64,000 nt of DNA from Octopus sinensis (taxonomy: Eukaryota): the NCBI RefSeq assembly GCF_006345805.1, contig NC_043000.1, forward strand, positions 112,654,001 through 112,718,000, written 5' to 3'. Of the stretch, positions 53,126 through 64,000 are shown one piece after another. The notes below the pieces were generated by a model that ran no database searches, was not told the origin of the DNA, and worked only from the letters and a program-made list of their open reading frames with translations. Numbering within the stretch: position 1 is the first letter of the stretch; each line of letters starts with the position of its first letter. Position numbers and translations under genes: made by a program.

Positions 53126-53429
53126 TCTTTATATATAAAACTGAAGTTGTGTGAGAGTCTGTCTCCTACGATTTAGATTCCTATCTACTCCCACATTTTG
53201 CGGTGCAGTTTAACCAAAAGCGGGTATCTTATAGTCGTGATTCATATCGAGACGTTCTGGGTATTAGCGCACGTCTACGATGAGTCTACGATTTAAAAAA
53301 AAATTACCATCATTTTTTCGTTTTTTTAAGGCATTTTTTGCTCGGTTTATATAAGGGAAGTAACTCTCTAAAATGCTTATATAGTTATTTCCCTTATACA
53401 CATCCGAGCAACGCCGGCGATACTGCTAG
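53126..53429 (+). mobile_element. Non-autonomous Helitron (304 bp)
   Basis: Inserted between A (53125) and T (53430); 5' TCTTTATATATAAAA, 3' CCGAGCAACGCCGG hairpin region then CTAG; no TSD. Confidence 0.75.
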
Positions 53430-53859
53430 TATATATATATATCAGAAGCCAAATGACTCTAAACTACTTTATCTATCCCAAAAATACGCGCTGAAAGCGA
53501 GAGAATGAACCAAAAAGTTTAGTCATATGTCGAAAATGTTTTGTCATACTCACACACACACACAGACACACACACACACACATATGCACGTATGTATGTA
53601 TATAAGTCGGTAGATATGTACAACAGCTAGATCCTATCACTTTAGTTATGTATCTATATAAATACATACCCACACATCGCTATATATGTCTGTTACATCT
53701 CTCTACATCTCGCCCGTGGAACATCTCCATTTGCCAATAGAACCTGTCATGGACTCCGCATATGCTTTGTATAAAGACGATTAATAGACGACACGATAAC
53801 CGAACGCACAAATACACATGTACTCACATAAAAACACACACCTATATATGCGCGTACTG

Positions 53860-53895
53860 TATACTGTGCGTGTATGCATTATAATATATATATAC

Positions 53896-53930
<35 letters not shown>

Positions 53931-53931
53931 G

Positions 53932-54002
<71 letters not shown>

Positions 54003-54092
54003 CATATATATAATATATATATACATTATATATATACATATATATATATACGTATATATATATACATATATATATACATATATATATACACA

Positions 54093-54161
<69 letters not shown>

Positions 54162-54577
54162 ATATATACATACATACGTGCATACACACAGACGTCTGTT
54201 CACAAAGCAGGATGTTTTGAGTCTAAAGCGCCAAACGGAATTCAAATTATATTCATGTTGCAAAATGTACATTATTATGATCAAATGCACTTAGTGATGC
54301 GGTGTAGATGTTAAGGGTGACACACTCGGTCTGGAATTTAGCAATGTTAGAGGGGGAGGATTCATCAGAAATTTATTCAATGAAGTTAATGTGTTAAATA
54401 GACGCGACCGTAATGAGAAAAAGAGGTTTCGTTCAGCGTCAACTCTAACATCCTCACACATTCCATCATGGCTACATCTGGAGATGCCCTTCCCTGTCGC
54501 ATCGAAGCCTTATGTCTTTCGTTCTTCCTCTCTCTTTTATATATATTTAAATATGTATATGTATTTGGATATACATA

Positions 54578-54637
<60 letters not shown>

Positions 54638-54675
54638 ATAGTATATATATATATGTATAGTATAAAATATATATT

Positions 54676-54744
<69 letters not shown>

Positions 54745-55437
54745 GTATGCATATATATATATATATATATATATTTACATATATAGACATAAGTATATGT
54801 GCATATATACATGTATATACTTGCAAGTATACCACTGTATGCATGGATGTATGCAAATGTGTATGTGTGATTGTGTGTTTGTGTGTGTTTGTGTTTGTCT
54901 TACAGAAAGAGAGAGAGGGTGAGAGAGAGAGAGAGTGAGACAGAGATAGAGAATGAGAGTTCATTCTCCACCCACCTCTTCCCTTTCTTTCGATGCCCGC
55001 AAATCTTCTGGGACTTGTAAAGCAAACAGACATACACACAGACTTAAACGCATACACGCAAATACACTTGCATAGAAACATGTACACCAGAACACATCAC
55101 CACACGTGCACACATAAATATTTCCCCAATTATACGTGCATATTTAGATCAATAATAACGAAGGTAATTAGAGTGTAAAATTATATGTGTATAAAAGTAT
55201 GTTTGTGTGTGTTCCTCTGTGTGTGTGTGTGTGTCTGAAAAATCTATTTGCATAAATAGCTGTATATAAATATATACACGCATCCTTATGTGGTTTGCTA
55301 TAAATTCATTCCATCTCTTCCTTCATCATTCAATGCATTCATGGACTCATATATATATATACACGTGTTAGTGTGTGTAGAAGTGCCGTTTTTTTTATCT
55401 TTTTGAGTGCACGTATACATACGCATATACCTAAGAG

Positions 55438-55482
<45 letters not shown>

Positions 55483-55932
55483 CATTATATATACATGTAT
55501 GTATATATTATATATATATATTTGTGTATGTATATATGTGTGTATATATATATGTATAAATATGTATTTATAAATACATATATATATTTATATAACATAC
55601 ACGCATATATATACATACACACATTCATAGATATAATCCAATGTATGTCAAGAAACACTAATTTATATAATGTATATAATTATATACACACACATTCACA
55701 CACAAATATATAATAGGTTCTTCGTAAACAAATACCAATTTATATAAATTATATAATTATATAGGCATAAAATCATACACACTAATATATAGGTATATAT
55801 CTGTACCTCGCTATTTCTCACTCAGCCCATCCGTCTGTTCGTCTCTTTTTCTGTCTCTCTCTCACTCTTCCCCTCTCTTCGTATATATATATATATATAT
55901 ATATATAGAATATATATATATATGTATACATA

Positions 55933-55995
<63 letters not shown>

Positions 55996-56075
55996 ATATA
56001 TGTGTGTGTGTGTGTGTGTATATTATATACATATATGAATGTATATATATACTATATATATATATATATATAGAC
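53860..56075. repeat. Several long (TA)n-dominated satellite blocks with short spacers
   Basis: Blocks at ~53860-54175, 54540-54790, 55440-55600 and 55875-56075. Confidence 0.85.
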
Positions 56076-58153
56076 GGTGACGTATATTTTGCAGCTACTG
56101 TTTATTACTCGCTCTAAGATTTTATATTATAATATATACGGGCATATATGTATGTCATGTTTATGCATATATATGGGCATATATATATATGTGTGTGTGT
56201 GTGTCTCTATGTCTATACATATATGTATGTATAAATATATACATATATATTTTTGTATAAACACATGCATGTCCATGTGCGTGTATGTGTAAATATATAT
56301 TTACATCGATATACGTGTATGTTCGGACGTATGTTTGTTTGTGTGTATTATGTAACTATACATCTTTATTTGTCGACTTCTATCAGATGCACGTTCACAC
56401 ACACACACACATACACGTACACACACACACATACACGTACACACACACACATTCATACACACACGCATAAACACAATTCTTTGAAAGTTAGTTGTAATTT
56501 ATTCACTGCCAACCTACTCTAGAGAGTCCTTAGATTTTTCCTTCAACCCACATTCGCATTTCTACTCAAACACACTCTTATATATAATGGTTGCGAATAG
56601 AAAGAGTCGATAGAGCTTCTTATAGCATGCTTTGTTGTATTTTATCCGGTTCTCTGTGTTTTGAGTTCAAATCATACCAAAGTCAAATTTGCTTTCCAAT
56701 GGTTTGACGTCGACAAATAAATTCTTACTACACAATGGGCGTTTTATCCGTCTGTCTGTCTATTCCCGTTTCACGGTTAAACGGCTGGACCAATAGTGAT
56801 GATATTTTTCGAGGTTACGAAGGAGGGAATCAAGAAGGTTTTTAGTGAAAAAAAAAATGTGAAGAAGTATGATTATTTAGTGGATATTAAGTTATGTAAT
56901 AATAAATCGCTTCCGGTGACGAAGGTTAACTCTGAATTCCCCTTCCCACCCAGTAGAGTTCGTGAATTATAGCATTTAGATTTGCGATACTATCCTTTTA
57001 TTTTCCCATCGTAGATGAGCAGATTCCTAAAGATTCCATTCCCACATTCACAGCAAACAAGGCACAGGGCCATACTTTAGATCATGCAGGTGTATTTTTA
57101 TTGACTCCGATGTTTACACTCGGCCACTTATACGTCGCTATGAGTAGAGCAACATACTCCAGTAATAATGTCTACCAAACAGAAAATATCGACTAGAAAG
57201 AAGTTTTGTAATCATATTGATATTATCAAAAGGGATAGGATTCATAATTTAAATAAGGAACTTTGTGAACTCCGAATGTCTTAGAGTATAAACAAGCGTG
57301 AAATACTGTAAACAACTAAAATAAAAAGTATAATAAATAACATTTCTTTCTTAATACTTTTTACGAAGTAGTCGAAGGAAGGTCTGGCTTTCATTAGGAG
57401 TGGTCCATATAACCATTTTTGATAGAGAGGCTGGGAGCTTATTTCAGTTTGGGATTGAAACGTCATCGCATGTCACTTAGTTGCAAACACACGTCATATA
57501 GCTGCAACAGAATGCTGTACCACCAACAAAAATGTGACTTCTCTAAAACATCACCCAGTAATCTATCAAGTCCATTTACTCATTTCTCAATACATAATGC
57601 TCTTGTGACTTACCTCTTACATTTTTTGCCTCCATCATAGATGGGCAGATTTGCTAGTAAGCTTAATTGGCAGAAATGAAAGAGCGTCGAACAGGAATTT
57701 TTGTACAATTTGCTCCGGCCCTTTACGTTCTGAGTTCAAATGTTACCATTTGGGTGATTGACTTAACCTATTTCTCGGTTGACACCAGCCTCTGACACGT
57801 CGGTTACCTTCAGCAGAATCCACTCTTTTGTGAGCAGCCGGGCTAGGTTTCCGGTTTGTGAATAGTTGTCTCTCTCTTTCTTCTTCTCTCCTTATCACCA
57901 ATCTTGGCAGCTCTGTTATTGGTCAGGCATTGCTGTCCCATCCGCCACAGTATACCGAGACTATACTGTGGCAAGTTTGGTAAAAGAAAAAGCAAAACAG
58001 AACTAGTTCTTGCCAGAACGCCTGTCCAAGGAGAAGAGAGGGCCTATTCAGTTATGGCTGACATATAAATACAAAAGCCTGCATTAGTTGTCACGCTACT
58101 TTCATTTTAAGGAATTCAGAGCCAAATAATGGAAACTTGAAATGGTAGATTCT

Positions 58154-58248
58154 GCGTATCACTTCGTAATGGTTAAAAATTTCGAACCTGGTTAAGAGCT
58201 CAGGCTACTAACCCCAAGTTTCCCAGTTCGATTCCAGGCAGTCACCTG

Positions 58249-58280
<32 letters not shown>

Positions 58281-58479
58281 AAACAACAACAACAACATCG
58301 AAAAATACGTTAGGAACGAGAACTCAGGTTCGAAATTTCCCCCGGATACCTGATGAAGGCCGGAGGGTATATCAGCCGAAACGTTGTGTTAACAACAAAC
58401 AAGATGAGGTCAAATATCCGTCAAATGTAAATAATGTAAATAATGTACATAATTCCTCATCTCTTAAATGTAGAACTGT
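58154..58479 (+). mobile_element. SINE family E locus 4
   Basis: Head with CTACTAA loop and B-box CAGTTCGATTCC (58224-58235), (AAC)n tract, body, tail ending CTCTTAAATGTAGAACTGT. Confidence 0.85.
58345..58390 (+). ncRNA. Minimal type I hammerhead ribozyme motif, core intact, one stem II mismatch
   Basis: GATAC CTGATGA A GGCCG gagggtatat CAGCC GAAA CGTT GTGTT. Confidence 0.65.
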
Positions 58480-59054
58480 AAAGAATTATTGTTCAACGAT
58501 CCAAGAAGATGCTGGGAAAGACCTTAAAATGGCTTCACTTGGCAGCTTTATGGATGCCATTATCGCTATAAGGGAAATATATTGGAAGCAAAACACTTTT
58601 GTCGGTATATTCAGGTTATATGAGACACTCCAGCAATGTAGGTTATACGCCATAGATTAAAACAGTTCCCAGCAAATCTGAAAGCAAGGTCAAAGAAATC
58701 TGAATTCAAATTCGAGGTTAGATATTTGCAACAATTAAGGAGAAAGCAAACGAGAGCCTTAGACATATCTTCGCAGAAGAAAAAAAGATGGTAAGGGGAA
58801 TATTGAGGCTGAGGTCAAGTTACGGAAGAAGTTAATGGCCATTGATGAATTCAGTTTGACAAGGGTGTTAAGAGGCTTTTTCACGAGCTTCTTTTAACCA
58901 CTGTAACACACACGCACACACACATACACACACCAAATGAAACAGTTTTTTTTCATACGCTCCTCTCTTTTTAACGGGTTCATACACTCGCCAACTATTT
59001 CATCTGCCCCATAAATCTGAAATGTTGAATCGACCTCACAATCACATAAGTTAT

Positions 59055-59185
59055 TGGCTTCAAATTTTGGCACAAGGCCAGAAATTTTAGGGGGAGGTGT
59101 AATTCGACTGCATCAACCCCAGTATTCAACTAGTACTTATTTTTATAGATCCCGAAACGATGAAAATCAAAGTCGATCTCGGCGC
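59055..59185 (-). mobile_element. SINE family C fragment
   Basis: GGCTTCAAATTTTGGCACAAGGCCAG..GATCCCGAAACGATGAAAATCAAAGTCGATCTCGGCG. Confidence 0.75.
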
Positions 59186-59219
59186 GTCGTAGTGACGATT
59201 CATCCAATTCGCCGACTTA

Positions 59220-60120
59220 TTGGGTTATCCCATATATAATGCGGTTTTTTTCAATTTCATGAACTAAATGTCGGAGGAGGACAGGATAAACTACCTGTAT
59301 CAACTTGCTATAAAAGCATATAGTAATTTTACCTTGTCCTTATTCTTGGTGCAAGTTTTGAAGAGTACAGTTCGATTTTAAGAGTTATTTTTCAAAACTA
59401 TAATGGAAGTGACAAAGGAGCATATTCGGCATACTTTGCTTAATGAGTTCAATAAAGGCGACAACGCAACGGAAAGTGCGAGGAATATTAATGCAGTATA
59501 TGGGGATCGGACAATAAGCGTAAGCGAGTGTCAAGGGTGGTTCCAGAAATTTCAAACCAGAAATTACAGCCTAAAAGACGAGCTTAGTTCTGGAAGATTT
59601 GTAGATATCGGCGAGGACGCCCTGCAAACACCGGCGGAACAAAATCCCATCGTAACAGTTTCGATTTGGTTATTCAACCAGTCATTCAAATCAGCGCTAG
59701 TAGAAAACCGACTATCTTTGGTTTCAATACAAAAGGTGTTCTTCCATTAGGATAATGCTCGGCCACGTACAGCGAGGATGACATTTCAAAGGATGGAGCA
59801 GATTGAATGGAAAACGATGCCCCACCCACCATATTCGCCGGACATTGCCCCATTTGACTATAATTTATTCCGCAGTCTTCAAAATCATTTGGACGGAAAA
59901 AATATGAATTCTGTAGACGAGATGAGAACAGTACTGGAGTAGTATTTTTCGTCACAGACAAGTGAATTTTGGAAGAGGGTCCTTGAAAATCTACCAGATA
60001 GATGGGAGAGCATTGCAGAAAATGAAGGAGAATATATTTTAGATTAAAAAAGAATTTCATCTTAATTTTGAAAAATAAAAGAAGTTTTTAAAAATCCGCA
60101 TTATATTTATGATGTCCCGA
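59220..60120 (+). mobile_element. Internally deleted mariner element with both TIRs and TA TSD
   Basis: TIRs TTGGGTTATCCCATATATAATGCGG / reverse complement TCGGGACATCATAAATATAATGCGG; N-terminal HTH MEVTKEHIRHTLLNEF..WFQKF (59403 on); C-terminal DNARP..HPPYSPDIAPFDYNLFRSLQN..GEYILD*. Confidence 0.92.
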
Positions 60121-60290
60121 TAGAATCACATGAGGATATTACAGAATACCATACAGTTACTGTTTCATCTGAGTAACTTTTTTTGCTGCGGTTCTTTTGA
60201 CTCCCTCAGCGATTAGACTTTAACTTGTTACGTTAGATATGAAATGCATGAACAGTTTTATCTCGATAAAGGCAAACTGTAATACATTTA

Positions 60291-60654
60291 TGTGGAGGCG
60301 TAATGGTTCAGTGGTTAGGGCAGTGGACACGCGGTCGTAGGATCGCGGTTTCGTTTCTGAGACCGGACGTTGTGTGTGTTTATTGAGCGAAAACACCTAA
60401 AGCTCCAAGAGGCGGTGGTGAAGCCTGGTGTACACTTATACCACAACTTTCTCTCACTCTTTCTTCCTGTTTCTGTTGTAAATGTATTTCAAAGGGGCCA
60501 GCCTTGTCACACTCTGTGTCTCACTGAATTTCTCCGTTAAGGGTACAGATGTCTGTGGAGTGGTGCTCAGCCACTTGCACGTTAATTTCACGAGCAAGCT
60601 GTTCCGTTGATCGGATCAACTGGAACCCTCGTCGTCGAAACCGATGGAGTGCCA
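60291..60654 (+). mobile_element. SINE family B, full length
   Basis: Aligns with 24955-25329. Confidence 0.85.
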
Positions 60655-61611
60655 CACAATACATTTATAGATTTACTGAGTGAGGTTAACATTTAAGATT
60701 TCAATGTTTTCTTTCAAAGTATTCTAGTTTCACTTGTTGGTAATTAGTGTCTGAGAATTAGAGACGACCGGAAAAAAACAGGTGTTTTAATTAATGTGTG
60801 TGTGTGTGTGTATTGTGTGTGGACGAGAGCCGTAGAGTGTCTGGTCTATTGTGTTTCCAGATATTAATGGTCATTTATAAATACAAATATAAAAATATTC
60901 ACTCAGACATAAATACATTCGTACACATACACACAAACACACCTACATACAGATAAACACACGTATACACACATTGACACAGTAACAGTTGACCATATAT
61001 GGGCTAAAGATTTTTCTGAGATCATGAAGTCAGGTTCTTGTAAACAACACAGCTGCACAAGCAGAAAAAGCACATACAGACAGACACACATATAGTGAGA
61101 ATCACACACGCATGCGTAAGGTGGCTCGTATGAATCAGAGTAGCTTAATGTTTATCTCAACGAGTATTTAGAAAAATACACACACACACATACTTACACA
61201 TACATAAAGATATGAATATATCATATACACACACACGCACATGCAGACACGAGATACACAAATACTAATACACACAAACACACACAAGCGAGTGCAAACA
61301 CAATCTCACACACTTAAACTTATGCTCGTACACCATTTAATAATTTACACAACGCTCTATCATTGAGTGCGGAGAGACGTGTGGCTCAGTAGTTCAGTGG
61401 TTAGATTGTTGCACTCACAACCAGAAGATTGTGATTTCGATTCTTGGACCAGAGATGCCTCGATTCCCCGTTGTTCCAGTCTTCTTAATTGGCAGAAATG
61501 AAGGATCCAGCGACGGACCGGACAGGCGTCTCGTCCAGAATCCGAAAACACTTCTTTTTATATTATTTTCCCCAACAATGGTTCGGGAAGAATCGTTGAT
61601 CTCAAACATTT

Positions 61612-61800
61612 ACTTGTTTCAGGCTGCGGCAATGCTGGGGCACCGCATTGAAGAACGTTTAGTCGAATGAATCGATTCCAGTACTTGTTTACTTTTTAAA
61701 GCTTGGGACTTATTCTATCGGTCTTTTTGGCCGAACCGCTAAGTTACGGGGATGGAAATCTGCCAACACCGGGTGTCAAGCGATGGTGGGGGACAAACAC
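61612..61800 (-). mobile_element. SINE family D 3' half
   Basis: TTACTTGTTTCAGGCTGCGGCAATGCTGGGGCACCGC..GAACCGCTAAGTTACGGGGA..GGGGGACAAACAC. Confidence 0.8.
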
Positions 61801-61879
61801 AAGTACACACATAGGTATGTATGTGCTTTAGGTTCTAATTGCTAATAAGCTAACCTTTTTAATTGTTATATGTATATGC

Positions 61880-61953
<74 letters not shown>

Positions 61954-63066
61954 TTCATAAATATATATACACAAACAATGCAATGAATTAGAAAATGAGA
62001 AAATCATAGATTAACCAGTACATCTATAGGACTACATTTAAAGCTTGTTTAGTGACACAAAGCAAACATAAAAAAGCTAACAGCTGTTTCTGACCAGATT
62101 CCCAGAATGCAGTATATACATAAATACGAGAATAAAATTCTTCATCTTCATAGGGCATTCGATCTTCATCAGAGTAAAAAAACAAGAGCATACAATGCGA
62201 TGGGTATTTTTCAATTTTCGTCTTCCAAGTCAATTCCCAAGACTTTGGTCGGCCCGTAACTGTAGTACAAGGTTGAATTTGCTGCTGTCATATTCCTGAA
62301 CATAAGGTGTTTAATTAATGCATCCCCGGATATTACATCATTGTGGGTTTAATTACATCTTATGTGGTTTAATTGTTAAACTATGGAATTATGAAAATTT
62401 AAAAGGTCAAGCATCTCTGACCTCTGGTTTTTTTTAGCGGAATATGGGCTGATGAAAACTTTCGAATCAGGCTACCAACTGGGAGTTACCACAACCTCAC
62501 GGTCAAGCAACTAAAATACCAGTCATTCTCTGGGATTGATACAATCTACTGCTCCAGAATCGACTTACTTCTAATTTCTGGATCTTTCCCTACGTTAGAT
62601 TCGATTATTGTTGCGTCAGTGCCGAGTTTCTCAAACATTTTTGCCTATGGAACGCCTTGATTCCTATTTCACTGGTGTGAAGCCTCATAGCCATTCGATG
62701 TTTGAAAAATCATATTAAATATTTACAATTAAATATTATTAGAAATTGTGTTAAATAAAAATCGTTAGAATATTTTGTGTATTGTCGAAATACACCTAAT
62801 ACTATTGCATCAGTTTTAACTACAAGGTGTTATATGGAACCCGAAGAGCCTCTTGGAGCCCAAGGGCCATAGGGATACCCAGGCGCCGTAAGGATAGCCA
62901 AACGCCATATGGACTCCGGCTGCAGACCTCTGTGAGAGTGCTATTGTTATTGTGGCTACGATAGCTGTATTGTATATTGTTGTTTTTATTTCTATTTTCT
63001 TTGCTGTTATTGTTTATTGTTATTGATGTTGCTAATTGATGCTAATTAGAAACTATTGTTTTTAGC

Positions 63067-63490
63067 CCCAGATTAATTATTATCGAAAAGCACATTAAAC
63101 ATATGCGTTCCAATCAAGACCATCTCTTTTAAACAGTGTATCTAGGACATTATCTCACATCTCCATATATCATTCCTTAATGAAAGGAGAGCTACATTGA
63201 AGAAGGTTTCCCTGCTATTTCTAACCGACCGGAGGACCTGCTAAGTGCTGCTTTTCTGAGTCCTTCAGCTTTTGCTCTCGTTAGTCCCAGATTAATCATT
63301 ATTGAAAAGCACATTAAACATATGCGATCCAATCAAGACCATCACTTTTAAACAGCATATCTAGGACATCATTATTTGATATCTCCATATATATGATTCC
63401 TCGGTGAAAAGAGAGCTACCTGTTATTTCTAAACGACCGGACAACCAGCTAAGTGCTGCTTCTCTGAGACTTTGGGCTTTTGCTCTCGTT
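63067..63490. repeat. Tandem duplication of a ~219-bp unit
   Basis: 63067-63285 and 63286-63490 both begin CCCAGATTAAT.ATTAT.GAAAAGCACATTAAACATATGCG and end GCTTTTGCTCTCGTT. Confidence 0.9.
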
Positions 63491-63904
63491 GTTGTTATTG
63501 TTCATGTTTGATATAATTGTGTTCTTCTTATTATTGTCTCTCCAAGTGTTGTTGTTATAAATAATGATTTCGTTATTCGTTTCTGTTGTTCTTCTTGTTA
63601 TTGTTGTTGCTTCTGAAGTTAATGATACCTACTCATGCAATACACACAGAGTTTTACGATTAATAACAAACGCAACACAACAAGAGAATAGCAACAACAC
63701 AACAACAATAACAACATCAAACACACGAACCATTAACAAATGCACTAAATGTATAAATATAATTTAAAAATAGCGAAGAATAGGACGGCAAAAAAAAAAT
63801 GTCGTGAACGGAACGAATTGAGTTAAACAAATTATGATTTAATGTTTGTAGTGGATAATTGCCGTGCAAAAGACACTATTTAATACATACACATATACAC
63901 ACAC

Positions 63905-63909
63905 GTATA

Positions 63910-64000
<91 letters not shown>
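63905..64000. repeat. (TA)n microsatellite
   Basis: Directly visible. Confidence 0.95.

Overview
AT-rich eukaryotic DNA dominated by microsatellites and repeats, with one 100-N assembly gap (1331-1430). The SINE families look like those I recall from Octopus genomes; this is recognition, not a database result. I find no intact host protein-coding gene, so the window is most likely intronic or intergenic. Almost all ORFs in the track are translated microsatellites. Recognisable coding remnants are all decayed mobile elements: R4/Dong-type LINE RT and RLE fragments, a Penelope-like GIY-YIG endonuclease relic, two mariner derivatives, a Tc1/mariner-superfamily relic, and RTE and CR1-like scraps. 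Non-coding elements include at least five tRNA-headed SINE families, several fold-back MITEs and a non-autonomous Helitron. The most interesting signal is a ~330 bp element with a tRNA-derived Pol III head, an internal (AAT/AAC)n tract and a minimal type I hammerhead ribozyme of Penelope type (GACAC-CUGAUGA-A-GGCUG..CAGCC-GAAA-CGUH-GUGUU). It occurs at four loci, giving six hammerhead motifs, three with an intact core. At two loci it is inserted with an inverted copy of its own 3' part inside 10-11 bp target-site duplications. This suggests a ribozyme-carrying SINE mobilised by Penelope-like machinery (inference). A second, degenerate hammerhead-like family is present twice.
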